Source: an uncultured virus (IMG/VR IMGVR_UViG_3300009376_000006)
Lineage: Duplodnaviria > Heunggongvirae > Uroviricota > Caudoviricetes
DNA: 64,000 bases
Direction: 5' to 3' (one strand)
IMG/VR virus record: IMGVR_UViG_3300009376_000006
Shown: positions 40,942-51,161 of the stretch, in pieces
Layout: each line of letters starts with the position of its first letter
How positions within the stretch are numbered: position 1 is the stretch's first letter
Position numbers and translations under genes: made by a program
Notes under the pieces: generated by a model
Seen by the model: the letters and a program-made list of their open reading frames with translations, nothing else
Databases searched by the model: none
What the model was told of the DNA's origin: nothing

Positions 40942-42213
40942 ATGGCAAGCGCTGAGCAACTCCTCATCAGCAAGGTTCTCAGGGACCGGTCCCTGTCGGA
41001 CGCTGTCTCGCTGGGGGTCCAGCCACGACACTTCTCTGAGGCCAACAAGGCCATCTGGGAGTGGGTCCTAGGGTTCTGGCACAGCCACAATGAGGTGCCC
41101 ACGGAGCGTGCCCTCGCCACGGAGTACCCATCGGTCACGCTGGGTGATGCGTCGGCCGAGTCCCTGTCCCGGCTCGTGGAGGAGGTCATTGAGGGCTTCC
41201 GGCGCACGTCCATGCTGGAACTCCTGACCGGCACGATGTCCCAGATGAACGCCGGTCTGACCATGGACGCCATCAACAGCCTCGCCTCTGGGTTGCAGGA
41301 GACCATCGGCAGCACGAACCAGTCCCGGGACATCAATCTGGTAGACGACTGGGAGGACCGGTTGACCCGCTACGCCGAGATGCGGGAGCGGCCCGATGAA
41401 CTGGTAGGCATCTCCACCGGGTTCCCGGGGCTGGATCGGCTGACGGCTGGCATCCGGCCCCAGCAGTTGATCACCTTCGTGGGCGAGGCCAAGCGGGGCA
41501 AGTCCATGCTCGCCTTGGTCATGGCCATCACTGCCAACGCTGCCGGAGTCAAGCCCCTTATGGTCTCCTTCGAGATGAGCGTGGAAGAGCAGGCCGCACG
41601 CTACGATGCGTTCGTGTCCAAGGTCTCCCACACGAACCTGCTGCGTGGCCTCTCCACGCCCGACGAGGTGAAGCGTTTGGACCGTTCTCTGCGGATGCGG
41701 AAGAACAGCAAGGATTTCATCATCGTGGAGGACATCTCGTCCACCACCACGGTCTCCAGCCTCGCTGCCAAGATCAAGCAGCACGAGCCCGGCATCGTCT
41801 TCGTGGACGGCGTCTACATGATGGACGATGAGCACGGTGAGCCCAAGGGTAGCCCGCAGGCCCTGACCAACATCACCCGCTCCCTCAAGCGCTTGGCTCA
41901 GCAGTTCAAGACCCCCATTGTGGTCACGACGCAGGTGCTGGCGTCCAAGTTGAGCAGCCGCACCAGTCGCCGGGTTACGGCTGACGCCATCGGATACTCC
42001 TCCTCCTTCGTGCAGGATTCTGACATCGTGATGTCCGTGGAGAAGGACCCCGACTACGATGATCGTTCCATCGTCCGTGTGATCCTGTCCCGCACCTCGC
42101 CCCACGGTGAGGTTATGATCAAGTGGGACTGGGAGAACATGGACTTCTCCGAGGTTGGTCCTGACGACGACGACGACGACGACGAGGTGCCTGATGACTT
42201 CCATGATTGGTGA
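40942..42213 (+). CDS. dnaB: DnaB-like replicative helicase
   Basis: TGFPGLD, GEAKRGKS, SFEMS, FVDG, QDSD motifs. Confidence 0.9.
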   Translation: MASAEQLLISKVLRDRSLSDAVSLGVQPRHFSEANKAIWEWVLGFWHSHNEVPTERALATEYPSVTLGDASAESLSRLVEEVIEGFRRTSMLELLTGTMSQMNAGLTMDAINSLASGLQETIGSTNQSRDINLVDDWEDRLTRYAEMRERPDELVGISTGFPGLDRLTAGIRPQQLITFVGEAKRGKSMLALVMAITANAAGVKPLMVSFEMSVEEQAARYDAFVSKVSHTNLLRGLSTPDEVKRLDRSLRMRKNSKDFIIVEDISSTTTVSSLAAKIKQHEPGIVFVDGVYMMDDEHGEPKGSPQALTNITRSLKRLAQQFKTPIVVTTQVLASKLSSRTSRRVTADAIGYSSSFVQDSDIVMSVEKDPDYDDRSIVRVILSRTSPHGEVMIKWDWENMDFSEVGPDDDDDDDEVPDDFHDW

Positions 42214-43120
42214 TGATCTGGTCGGTGTCCTGAGCCACTTGGGCGTGGACGTGACGACCGTCAGTGAGACGGAGGCCGGGGGGAGGTGCCCGGTCCATCA
42301 TCTGGTGACTGGACGTGAAGACCGCAGCCCGTCGTGGTCCATGAGCCTCGATACGGGTCTGTGGATTTGCTACTCGTGCGGGGCCCGTGGGAACCTGCCC
42401 CAGTTGGTGTCCCAGATGACCGACGACCCAGACGCCATCAACGCTGTCCAGACGTTTCTCGTGGAGAGCGGGCTGGACCGGCTCCAGCAGTCCATCACGC
42501 CAGATGAAGATGTCACGACCCGGCCCACCCCGGACATGGACACGTTTCGTCGGTTCACCGAGGTTCCCGAACAGTTGCTGCGCCATCGTGGCCTTGACCC
42601 GGACACAACGTTCCGGTACGGCGTGAGGTGGGACGCCGAAGAGCGGCGCTGGATCATCCCCATCGTCGCCCCCAACGGGGACCTCTGGGGCTGGCAGGCC
42701 AAGGCCAAGGGGTACTTCCGCAACGTCCCGACCGGGGTCACCAAGTCCCACACCCTCTTCGGACTGGGGCAGTGCCGCACGCCCACGGTCCTGCTGGTTG
42801 AGTCCCCGCTGGACGTGATTCGTATTGCCTCCATGAGGCTCGGGTATCAGATGTGTGCGGTGGCCTCGTACGGGTCCCACGTCAGTGCGGAGCAACTCAA
42901 GTTGTTGGTCGAAAAGGCTGATAAACTGGTTATTGCGCTTGACAACGACGAGTCAGGAATCTGTGGCGCTGAGCGGGTCTCTCGGAACTGCCCGAGGCCC
43001 CGCAACGGCATCGAGTTCCTGCGATACGAACATACGACAGCGAAGGACATTGGCGACATGACGTACGACGAGATCGTGGAGGCCGTGACCGGTGCCTCCC
43101 TCATTCCGTGGTGGCTGTGA
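42194..43120 (+). CDS. DNA primase (CHC2 zinc finger plus TOPRIM)
   Basis: CPVH...PSWS...CYSCG; VESPLD; LDNDESG; KDIG. Confidence 0.88.
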   Translation: MTSMIGDDLVGVLSHLGVDVTTVSETEAGGRCPVHHLVTGREDRSPSWSMSLDTGLWICYSCGARGNLPQLVSQMTDDPDAINAVQTFLVESGLDRLQQSITPDEDVTTRPTPDMDTFRRFTEVPEQLLRHRGLDPDTTFRYGVRWDAEERRWIIPIVAPNGDLWGWQAKAKGYFRNVPTGVTKSHTLFGLGQCRTPTVLLVESPLDVIRIASMRLGYQMCAVASYGSHVSAEQLKLLVEKADKLVIALDNDESGICGAERVSRNCPRPRNGIEFLRYEHTTAKDIGDMTYDEIVEAVTGASLIPWWL

Positions 43121-44661
43121 TGGGCTTCACGGGAACCCTCTATCCGTTTCAGGAAGAGGCACACGAGGCTATGGCCGAGCGTGGGACCATGATGCTCTGC
43201 ATGGTCATGGGCGCTGGCAAGACCCCCACCACCATCGCCACCCTTGAGACCCTGTTCGAACAGGACGACATCGGCAGGGTCCTCGTTGTGGTCCCCTCCT
43301 CACTCAAGTACCAGTGGCTCTCGGAGATCAACAAGTTCTCCAAGTCTCGTGCCATCGTCATCGACGGCCCCCCCAAGGCCCGTGAGGTTCTGTGGCGGGC
43401 TGCCGTGTCCTGCCGGTACGTCATCACCAACGTGGAGATGCTCCAGAAGGACAGGCACCTCCTTGAGCGCCTCCGCATGGACGCCGTGGTCGTTGATGAA
43501 GCCACGATGATCAAGTCCCGTGTTGCCAAGCGCTCCAAGTTCTTGAAGCGCCTTGGCAAGAGTGTGCCCTATCGTTTCGCCTTGACCGGACAGCCCATCG
43601 AGAACCGCCCTGAGGAACTGTTCTCCATCATGGAGTTCGTGGACCCCGACGTGCTGGGCCGCTTCGACAGGTTCGACCGGACGTTCATCGTCCGTGACCG
43701 TTGGGGCAAGCCTGTGCGCTACCGCAACCTCAACACGCTCCATGACAGCCTGTCCGAGGTGATGATCCGTAAGACCCGGGAGGACATTCAGGACCAGTTG
43801 CCTGATCTGATAACCAAGGTCGTGCCGGTCCCCTTCGACGTGTCCGGGGCCAAGGTGTACCGACAGATCGCTGACGACCTGCTCAAGAAGATCAATGCTG
43901 CCATCGGTAAGATGGGCCGGGGCTTCGACCTGTGGAGGCACTACAACGCCGCTGGCGGTGATGACGTGCAGGGCGAGATCATGTCCCGCATGACGGTCCT
44001 CCGCATGCTGTGCGACAACCCGGAACTGGTGCGTGCCTCGGCCACCCTCTACGAGGACTCCACCTCCAGCGGGAGCGCTTACGCCAAGAGGATCGTGGAT
44101 GCGGGATGGCTTGACACCACCACGCGGCGGCCCAAGTTGGAGGCGGTGGGGGAGTACGTGACGGACATCCTCAACGAGGACCCGTCAAACAAGGTCGTCA
44201 TCTTCTCGTTCTTCAAGCAGAACCTGCGCCTCCTACAGGAAGCGTTTACGGGTAAGGTGGACAGTGTTCTCTTCACTGGAGACATGTCGGCCCAGCAGAA
44301 GGACAACGCCAAGAGGAGTTTCGCCAACGACTCTGGGGTGAGGTTGTTCCTGTCCTCCGACGCCGGAGGTTACGGAGTGGACCTACCCATGGCCAACCAC
44401 CTGATCTCCTACGACCTGCCGTGGTCGGCCGGGAAGTTGGACCAGCGGGAATCTCGCATCATCCGCTTGTCATCCGAGTTCCCGCATGTTACGGTGACCT
44501 CGTTCGTGATGAAGGGCAGCATTGAGGAGCGCCAGTACGACATGCTTCAGGAGAAGAGGCACATCAACCGGGCGTTCATTGACAAGGGCTACGATGCCCA
44601 CGGGCAGTACGAGATCACGCTAGGCTCCCTCTCGGACTTCCTGTCTATCTCGGAGGTGTAG
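43120..44661 (+). CDS. SNF2-family helicase
   Basis: MGAGKT, DEAT, LTGQPIEN, GVDL, QRESRIIR. Confidence 0.88.
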   Translation: MGFTGTLYPFQEEAHEAMAERGTMMLCMVMGAGKTPTTIATLETLFEQDDIGRVLVVVPSSLKYQWLSEINKFSKSRAIVIDGPPKAREVLWRAAVSCRYVITNVEMLQKDRHLLERLRMDAVVVDEATMIKSRVAKRSKFLKRLGKSVPYRFALTGQPIENRPEELFSIMEFVDPDVLGRFDRFDRTFIVRDRWGKPVRYRNLNTLHDSLSEVMIRKTREDIQDQLPDLITKVVPVPFDVSGAKVYRQIADDLLKKINAAIGKMGRGFDLWRHYNAAGGDDVQGEIMSRMTVLRMLCDNPELVRASATLYEDSTSSGSAYAKRIVDAGWLDTTTRRPKLEAVGEYVTDILNEDPSNKVVIFSFFKQNLRLLQEAFTGKVDSVLFTGDMSAQQKDNAKRSFANDSGVRLFLSSDAGGYGVDLPMANHLISYDLPWSAGKLDQRESRIIRLSSEFPHVTVTSFVMKGSIEERQYDMLQEKRHINRAFIDKGYDAHGQYEITLGSLSDFLSISEV

Positions 44662-44663
44662 AC

Positions 44664-45047
44664 GTGGACGAGGTGTACGTGCAGCGGCTGGTACAGGAGT
44701 ACCGGGGCGCCAAGGACATGGCAGACGCCGCTCGTGAGCGGTCCGACAAGTTGAAGAAGGAACTGGCCGGGCTCGTGGACGAGCACGGGTACACCGATCA
44801 CAACGGCCACAGGTGGCTGGAGGTCGGGGACGAGAGGCTCAAGCGAGAGCGCCGTCTGTCCAAGACCTTCTCCCGTGAGCGTGCCGAGGAGTGGGCCCGG
44901 GCCGCTGGTCGTTGGGAAGAAGTGATGGATGTCGTGGAGGTCTTGAGCGAGGACAAGGTGCTCGCTCTGGCGTGGGACGACCCCGACGTGCGTGACGTGG
45001 TGGACGGCTTCTACGTGGAGCGTGAGGTCTGGGCGTTCAAGGCATGA
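44664..45047 (+). CDS. Hypothetical protein
   Basis: GGAGGT RBS; operon packing. Confidence 0.7.
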   Translation: MDEVYVQRLVQEYRGAKDMADAARERSDKLKKELAGLVDEHGYTDHNGHRWLEVGDERLKRERRLSKTFSRERAEEWARAAGRWEEVMDVVEVLSEDKVLALAWDDPDVRDVVDGFYVEREVWAFKA

Positions 45048-45526
45048 ACCATCGTAACTACTTCCAGCACCTCCTCAGCCGGGACCACGCTGACCTGCTT
45101 GAGGACGACGAGACTGAGGAGAAGGACTATCCGGGGGGGACCCCCCCTAGGAACCGGGAAGATAGCCCTATTCCGACCACCCCACTGGACGAGGTGATCG
45201 CTGCCGCCAAGGTTCGACGGTACCGTGTCAATGGGGAACTGCGTGAGTTCTACACCATCGGAGAGTTGGCGAGGCTCCTGAACAGGAAGCCCGTGACGAT
45301 CCGCATGTGGGAGCGCCGGGGATGGATTCCCCACGCCAACTACCGGACGCCGCCGCCCAAAGGGGATTCTCAGATTCCCGGGGTTGCGCCGAAGGGGAAT
45401 CGCCTGTACAGTCCCATGCAGGTCCGGTTCCTGATCATGGCCGTTGAGGAGTACAGCCTCAACGACCAAGGGAAGGCCGACTGGGTCGGCTTTAAGCAAC
45501 ACACTGCGGCTAACTGGCCGCTGTGA
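45044..45526 (+). CDS. MerR-like HTH DNA-binding protein
   Basis: YTIGELARLLNRKPVTIRMWERRGWIP...RLYS. Confidence 0.82.
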   Translation: MNHRNYFQHLLSRDHADLLEDDETEEKDYPGGTPPRNREDSPIPTTPLDEVIAAAKVRRYRVNGELREFYTIGELARLLNRKPVTIRMWERRGWIPHANYRTPPPKGDSQIPGVAPKGNRLYSPMQVRFLIMAVEEYSLNDQGKADWVGFKQHTAANWPL

Positions 45527-45546
45527 CGAGAGAAGAGAGCAGGCAT

Positions 45547-46200
45547 ATGCCCATCGACTACAACGAGCCCGCTGAGGGCACGACCATGACCGACGACCCC
45601 CCTGCGGCCCGCAAGGTCATCCGTTCCGGCTGGGGTGCCGTGGACAGCATCAAGCAGGAGGACTCCAACTATGCGGTCCGCCTCAAGACCGGCCCCGACC
45701 CGGTCATCATCAAGTTCCTTGACGACGCCCCCTACGCCTCGTGGCGGCAGCATTGGGTCACTCGGCCCGGGCAGAAGTCCTTCGTGTGCCGTGACGGCAT
45801 GGACTCCAACGGCTGCCCCCTTTGCGATTCGGGGAACCGCCCCCGTCCCCTGTTCGCCTTCAACGTGGTCCTGCTGGAGCGGGGCGAGGAGCCTGCTCTC
45901 CGCTCGTACGAGGCCGGGACCCGGGTCATCGCCACCCTGAGGAACTTCAACGAGGACGAGCGTCAGGGCCCCCTGTCGAAGCACTACTGGGCCGTCAGCC
46001 GCTCCGGCACCGGCCCGCAGACCCAGTACAACCACCTCCTCATCAAGGAGCGGGACCTCAAGGAGGAGTGGAGCGTTGCGCCCCTCAGCCCCGAGGCCCT
46101 TGATGCGAGCCTCTCCAAGCGGTACGACTCCGACATCATCCGCATCAACACCTACGAGGAACTGGCTGCCATTGTCACGGAGGACACCAGCGCCATCTGA
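45547..46200 (+). CDS. Putative ssDNA-binding protein (gp32-like, Zn-binding)
   Basis: IKFLD...QHW...C...CPLC...FNV; adjacent to the polymerase. Confidence 0.65.
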   Translation: MPIDYNEPAEGTTMTDDPPAARKVIRSGWGAVDSIKQEDSNYAVRLKTGPDPVIIKFLDDAPYASWRQHWVTRPGQKSFVCRDGMDSNGCPLCDSGNRPRPLFAFNVVLLERGEEPALRSYEAGTRVIATLRNFNEDERQGPLSKHYWAVSRSGTGPQTQYNHLLIKERDLKEEWSVAPLSPEALDASLSKRYDSDIIRINTYEELAAIVTEDTSAI

Positions 46201-46233
46201 TCGGACGAGCGAGGGCCGGAAGGGGTCTCCACA

Positions 46234-48297
46234 TTGAATACCGGCCCTCGCTTCGTCTCCTCCGTGGAGGAACTGTCCGACATCGTGTCGGACATCCAGT
46301 CCGTGGGAGCCTTCGCCTTCGACGTGGAGACCATGGGCGTCCTCAGCCACCACCCTGACCTTGAGGAGATGGTGGACCGCCAGACGGAGTCGCACGTGGC
46401 GACCTTGAAGAGCACCTCCGACGCCATCACGGACAGGGCCCGGGACACCCGGGCTCAGGCTATGCAGAAGAGTATCGCTCTCGATCCTCACCGCAACGAG
46501 GTGATCTGGCTGGGACTAGCCACCCGTGGGCGGTCGTGGGCCATCCCTCTGGGGCACCCCAACGGGGAGGTCATCACGCCGGAGGAGCGGGGCGACGGGT
46601 CCACTGTGCCCCCTCCGGGCTACCGGAAGATGCTCAAGAACGGGCAGGAGTCCATGGCCAAGGCCCGGTACTACATACCGGCCGTGTACTCCGACCCTCC
46701 CCCACAGTTGTCCCGGGCTGACGTGTTCGCTGCGCTCAAGCCTTTGTTCTACGACACGGAACTCGTCAAGGTGGGCCACAACGTCAAGTTCGACGCCCGC
46801 ACCATCGCTAAGTACTACGGGGAACTCCCGTCCGGCCCGTTCCATGACACTATGCTCCTTCAGCACGTGCTGGACGAGAACATCTCGTCGTTCCGTCTCA
46901 CGTCGCTCCTCTCCAGTACGTTCGATGAGCACGACCCGTACGCTCGCCACGGCAAGTTGGGCGCCATCATCACCGAGGTCCCCTTCTCTCTTGCGTGCCA
47001 GTACGTCCATCTGGACGCCCGCTGGACGTGGCTTCTCTACCAGCGCCTGCTCTCCTCTGTCTCGTCCAACGACTCGCTTATGAATGTGTTCGTACAGGAC
47101 ACCGAGGTGCTGAGCGTGCTCATGGACATGGAGCAGGCTGGCATGCGGGTGGACCACGCAGGCATGGAGGTTCTGGGCAAGGAATTGGACGAACGCATGG
47201 TGGACATTCGTGCGGACATCGCTGGTCTGACCCACCCCGGCTTCAACCCGGACTCGGTCAAGGACAAGCGACAGTTCCTGTTCGGCCCCAAGTCCAGCGG
47301 AGGTCTGGGTCTGGAGCCCAAGAAGCAGACCGAGAAGGGTCAGGCGTCGGTGGACCACGACGCTCTGAAGAGCATCGCCTCTAAGCACCCCGTCATCCCC
47401 CTGTTCTTGGACTGGGCGGAGTGCAAGAAGTTGAAGTCTACGTACGTTGAGGGCCTGCTGGAGAAGATGAACCGGGGCAGGCTGCACCCTAGTTTCCATC
47501 TCCATCGTACGTCCACCGGGCGCCTATCCTCGTCTGAGCCGAACCTCCAGAACATTCCCCGGGACTCCAGCGTACGTGGTCTGTTCTGTGCCGACGAGGG
47601 CTGCACGCTCCTCGTCGCTGACTACGACCAGATCGAACTGCGGGTCATGGCCATGTTCTCACGGGACCCTAACATGATGGACATCTTCACGACCGGGCGT
47701 GACATTCATGCCGGGGCTGCGGCGCTGATCTTCGACAAGGCCGTGGCGGAGGTGTCCAGCGAAGAGCGCCAGATCGGCAAGGCAGCCAACTTCCTGACCG
47801 CCTACGGGGGTGGCGCTGGCAAACTGGCAGCCACGTCCGGTATCGCATTGACGCACGCCAAGTTCGTTATCAACCAGTACTACGAACAGTTCGCTGGGTT
47901 GTCCAAGTGGAAGCGCCGCATCGTGGAGAAGGCGAGGCAGGACGAGTACGTCACCACCATCTCCGGTCGCCGTCGTCGCCTCCCCTACATCAACTCCCCT
48001 CGTGAAGAACTCCGTGCCCGTGCTGAGAGACAGGCCGTCAATGCGGTGGTTCAGGGAAGCGCCTCCGACATCTGCAAGAAGGCTATGATAAAGGCTTACC
48101 CTGAGATTAGGAAGATCAGTGGTAGGATTCTCGTACAAGTCCACGACGAACTGGTGGTGAGCGTGCCCGACAACGATGAAGTAGACTGTTATGCAGACAT
48201 CCTTAAAGGTGCCATGGGACACGGCAGGGTTCTCAAAGACGTGCCACTCATTGTCTCGGCACACACCGGTAGAACGTGGTCGGAGGCGAAAGGATGA
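46234..48297 (+). CDS. polA: Family A DNA polymerase with 3'-5' exonuclease
   Basis: DVET, HNVKFD, TGRLSS.EPNLQN, DYDQIELR, KAANF..AYG, VHDE. Confidence 0.95.
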   Translation: MNTGPRFVSSVEELSDIVSDIQSVGAFAFDVETMGVLSHHPDLEEMVDRQTESHVATLKSTSDAITDRARDTRAQAMQKSIALDPHRNEVIWLGLATRGRSWAIPLGHPNGEVITPEERGDGSTVPPPGYRKMLKNGQESMAKARYYIPAVYSDPPPQLSRADVFAALKPLFYDTELVKVGHNVKFDARTIAKYYGELPSGPFHDTMLLQHVLDENISSFRLTSLLSSTFDEHDPYARHGKLGAIITEVPFSLACQYVHLDARWTWLLYQRLLSSVSSNDSLMNVFVQDTEVLSVLMDMEQAGMRVDHAGMEVLGKELDERMVDIRADIAGLTHPGFNPDSVKDKRQFLFGPKSSGGLGLEPKKQTEKGQASVDHDALKSIASKHPVIPLFLDWAECKKLKSTYVEGLLEKMNRGRLHPSFHLHRTSTGRLSSSEPNLQNIPRDSSVRGLFCADEGCTLLVADYDQIELRVMAMFSRDPNMMDIFTTGRDIHAGAAALIFDKAVAEVSSEERQIGKAANFLTAYGGGAGKLAATSGIALTHAKFVINQYYEQFAGLSKWKRRIVEKARQDEYVTTISGRRRRLPYINSPREELRARAERQAVNAVVQGSASDICKKAMIKAYPEIRKISGRILVQVHDELVVSVPDNDEVDCYADILKGAMGHGRVLKDVPLIVSAHTGRTWSEAKG

Positions 48298-48776
48298 CCC
48301 TAGTGTCGGCTACTCAAACGTCTAAGAGAAACTTCTATCTGATGCTATCCCCGCCGGACGGTCAGGAGATCGCCGTGGCTACGGGCTTCCATGCCTCGTC
48401 CGACGAGGTGTATGAGGAGGAGCAGAAGGACGTTCTTCGCAGTTGGGCCATCCTGACCCAGACCGGGATCGTGGACTCCCTCTCCGAGGCGGCCGACTGG
48501 ATGTCGGACCTCATGGTGAGCGACAGTTCTCTGCCCGACCCCAAGGACTTGGACGAGAACCAGATGGTCCAGATGTCCTTCGACTTCTCGGACGAGGATT
48601 CGGACAACTACTTTCAGGTAGAGCCGGTCTCGTACGAGGCCCTCGTGAGGATGCACCAGCAGATCAAGGACTCCACCTACAACACCGTGCTGGGGTGTAT
48701 CGTGTCGTCCGTGTCCAAGTTACTGGACGAGGAACTGATCAACCTGACCGGTCTGGAGATTCCGCCCAATGAGTAA
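48294..48776 (+). CDS. Hypothetical protein
   Basis: ATGA coupling to polymerase. Confidence 0.7.
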   Translation: MTLVSATQTSKRNFYLMLSPPDGQEIAVATGFHASSDEVYEEEQKDVLRSWAILTQTGIVDSLSEAADWMSDLMVSDSSLPDPKDLDENQMVQMSFDFSDEDSDNYFQVEPVSYEALVRMHQQIKDSTYNTVLGCIVSSVSKLLDEELINLTGLEIPPNE

Positions 48777-49191
48777 CTGGTGGTCCGACAGGCTCTCTGG
48801 TAAGGAGATCACTCCCAAGGAGGAGCCCAGCGTCCGTGTGGGTAGTACTCCTCCTATCCGGTTCACGCCCACGCAGGCTCCCCCTGAGACGCCCGCTGTT
48901 CCTCCCACCCCTCAGGAGCAGTACATGGCTACCCAGACCATGACGGACCCCGAGGCTAACCCCAGCGGGCAGATGTCCATGGGAGAGGCCATCCGCATGT
49001 GGAAGGGTGGCGAGGCCCATCGCAAGGAAGGGAACCTCGTCTGCCCGGAGTGCGGGAGCAAGAACATGTTCACCCGGGTCGCTCGCGGTACGGGAACGAG
49101 CATCAACGGAGCCAACCCAGCGCCCCGGTGCTTCGAGTGCGGGTGGAACGGCTTGTTCGATCAGGGGATCGAGGCCAACTGGATCGCCTGA
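48769..49191 (+). CDS. Zinc-ribbon protein
   Basis: CPECGS...RCFECG; GGAG RBS. Confidence 0.7.
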   Translation: MSNWWSDRLSGKEITPKEEPSVRVGSTPPIRFTPTQAPPETPAVPPTPQEQYMATQTMTDPEANPSGQMSMGEAIRMWKGGEAHRKEGNLVCPECGSKNMFTRVARGTGTSINGANPAPRCFECGWNGLFDQGIEANWIA

Positions 49192-49223
49192 CGCACTACA
49201 CGTCACCACTATAGGGAGAACTA

Positions 49224-50246
49224 ATGAGTAGCACCACTAAGTATGAAACCATTGACGAGATCGTACGGGCCGTCAACAAGAGCCACGGCGACGACATCAT
49301 CGTGCGAGGGAACCGGGTCACTGAGCCGCTCCCCCGCATCACCACTGGAATCCTCGCCTACGACATGATGCTTGGCGGGGGCTGGCCCGTCAACCAGTGG
49401 TCCGAGATCATCGGTGACGAGTCGTCTGGCAAGACCGCCATCGCCTACAAGACCATCGCCGCCAATCAAGCGCTGGACCCCAAGTGGACGGCCCTGTGGG
49501 TGGCCGCCGAAGAGTACGTGCCCGAGTACGCCGAGTCCATCGGGGTCGATCTGGACAGGCTCTGGGTCGTGGAGACCAACATCATGGAGAGCGCCTATGA
49601 CATCATCGTCCGGGCGCAGGACAACCGGTCCGTGGACTGCGTGGTCCTTGACTCCCTCCCGGCACTGGTACCGGGGGACGAGTACGAGAAGGACATGGAG
49701 GCGTTCACGGTAGGTCTAGGGGCCCGCCAGACGGGCAAGTTCTTCCGCAAGTCCACGACTGCACAGCGCCGGTCCTTGATCGAGGCTGACCGGGCCTGTA
49801 CCGGCCTCATCATCAACCAGTGGCGCGACAAGATCGGGGTCATGTGGGGCGACCCCCGTACGACGCCCGGCGGCAAGGCCAAGAACTTCCACTACTTCAC
49901 CCGTGTGGAGGTCAAGAAGGATGAGTGGCTCAAGGACGGCAAGGTGGCCGTGGGCCAGACCATCAAGGGTCGTACTATCAAGAACAAGACGTATCGTCCG
50001 CAGCAGCAGGCTGTGGTGGATTTCTACTTCGCTGATGCTGGCAACTTTCACCTCGGTGACTTTGACACCGTCAAGGACATGGTCAACATCGCCATTGCCA
50101 ATGAGTTGGTGACTAGGGCCGGGGCTTTCTACTCCTATGGGGGGGAGAAGTGGCAGGGAAAGGATAGGGTGTTAGCAGCGGTGCGTTCCGACCTTGACAT
50201 GCAGGACCGACTCCGCAAAGAACTGTTGAGCACACTGGAGGCGTGA
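49224..50246 (+). CDS. recA: RecA/UvsX-like recombinase
   Basis: GDESSGKT, VLDSL, INQWR.KIGVMWGDP.TTPGGKA. Confidence 0.92.
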   Translation: MSSTTKYETIDEIVRAVNKSHGDDIIVRGNRVTEPLPRITTGILAYDMMLGGGWPVNQWSEIIGDESSGKTAIAYKTIAANQALDPKWTALWVAAEEYVPEYAESIGVDLDRLWVVETNIMESAYDIIVRAQDNRSVDCVVLDSLPALVPGDEYEKDMEAFTVGLGARQTGKFFRKSTTAQRRSLIEADRACTGLIINQWRDKIGVMWGDPRTTPGGKAKNFHYFTRVEVKKDEWLKDGKVAVGQTIKGRTIKNKTYRPQQQAVVDFYFADAGNFHLGDFDTVKDMVNIAIANELVTRAGAFYSYGGEKWQGKDRVLAAVRSDLDMQDRLRKELLSTLEA

Positions 50247-50506
50247 TGGATTCGTTGATGGACCGTGAGTGGGTCACCGAGGCGGCGTGCCGTGGTGCTG
50301 ACGTTGCCGTGTTTCACCCCACGAAGGGGCACAGGATGCACGAGACTCAGGCCCTCGCCAAGGAGTACTGCGAGTCCTGCACTGTGCGACAGCCCTGTCT
50401 GGAGTACGCTGTGAGGGGGCTGATTGAGGTGGGCGTATGGGGCGGCCTTTCGGCTAAGCAGCGCCGTCCCTATCGTGTGAGGTACCTGAAGGGGGAGTGG
50501 CCGTGA
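50243..50506 (+). CDS. whiB: WhiB-family transcription factor
   Basis: W...AAC...C..C.VR..CL...GVWGGLS..QR. Confidence 0.92.
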   Translation: MMDSLMDREWVTEAACRGADVAVFHPTKGHRMHETQALAKEYCESCTVRQPCLEYAVRGLIEVGVWGGLSAKQRRPYRVRYLKGEWP

Positions 50507-50640
50507 GGGCCCCCAAGGGTCCCCGCAACATGGGTAGAACTACCCAGTTTGTGAGAAGGCCCCCGGACAGGGGCCTCCCCCCCGGTAAGAAACTTCTCAA
50601 GTTGCTGAAGCGGAACACGGTTAAGCGGAGGTTCCCATGA
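50503..50640 (+). CDS. Small basic protein, 45 aa (not in ORF track)
   Basis: GTGA/ATGA coupling at both ends; MRAPKGPRNMGRTTQFVRRPPDRGLPPGKKLLKLLKRNTVKRRFP. Confidence 0.6.
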   Translation: MRAPKGPRNMGRTTQFVRRPPDRGLPPGKKLLKLLKRNTVKRRFP

Positions 50641-50939
50641 CTGACATCCAGAAGCGCTCCAAGAAGCAGGAGGAGCGCAGCGCCGATACGTACAAGGGCA
50701 GCCGGAACGTCATGTCCGGGGCCGGATGGGTCCGCAAGAATGATGTTCGTGCCACCGACCTCCTGATCGAGAACAAGTTCACGGACAAGAAGTCGTTCTC
50801 CCTCAAGTCCGAGGAACTCGTCAAACTCGCCCGCACGGCCATCTTGGAGGACCGCATCCCCGTCCTCCAGATTGACTTGGGCGGACGGGCCTATGTAGTG
50901 TTGCTGGAAGATGACTTCGTGAGTATGGTGCAGGACTAA
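50637..50939 (+). CDS. PD-(D/E)XK nuclease, resolvase-like
   Basis: SKKQE...SGAGW..KNDV...LIENKFT. Confidence 0.65.
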   Translation: MTDIQKRSKKQEERSADTYKGSRNVMSGAGWVRKNDVRATDLLIENKFTDKKSFSLKSEELVKLARTAILEDRIPVLQIDLGGRAYVVLLEDDFVSMVQD

Positions 50940-51161
50940 ATGAAACACGTCATCCACGTCCACCAACAGAAGATCAAGAAGGGCGAACCAGCGATCATCG
51001 ACCGGACCTACAAGGGATCAAAGCACCTCACCCGGCTTCAGATTCATGGCCCCTGTGAGATCATCCATTCTCTGACACCGGACCGCTGCGGGGCGCGTGT
51101 CTGGATTGAAACGGAGGCCCCCGTGACACACGTGGCAGACAACTGGGAGGTAGAGGCATGA
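50940..51161 (+). CDS. Hypothetical protein
   Basis: IHVHQQ...I.GPC...CGARVWIET. Confidence 0.7.
   Translation: MKHVIHVHQQKIKKGEPAIIDRTYKGSKHLTRLQIHGPCEIIHSLTPDRCGARVWIETEAPVTHVADNWEVEA

Noticed and set aside
5789..50246. Inteins or introns in terminase, helicase, polymerase or RecA
   Set aside because: Protein lengths are ordinary; no intein termini or homing endonuclease motifs seen
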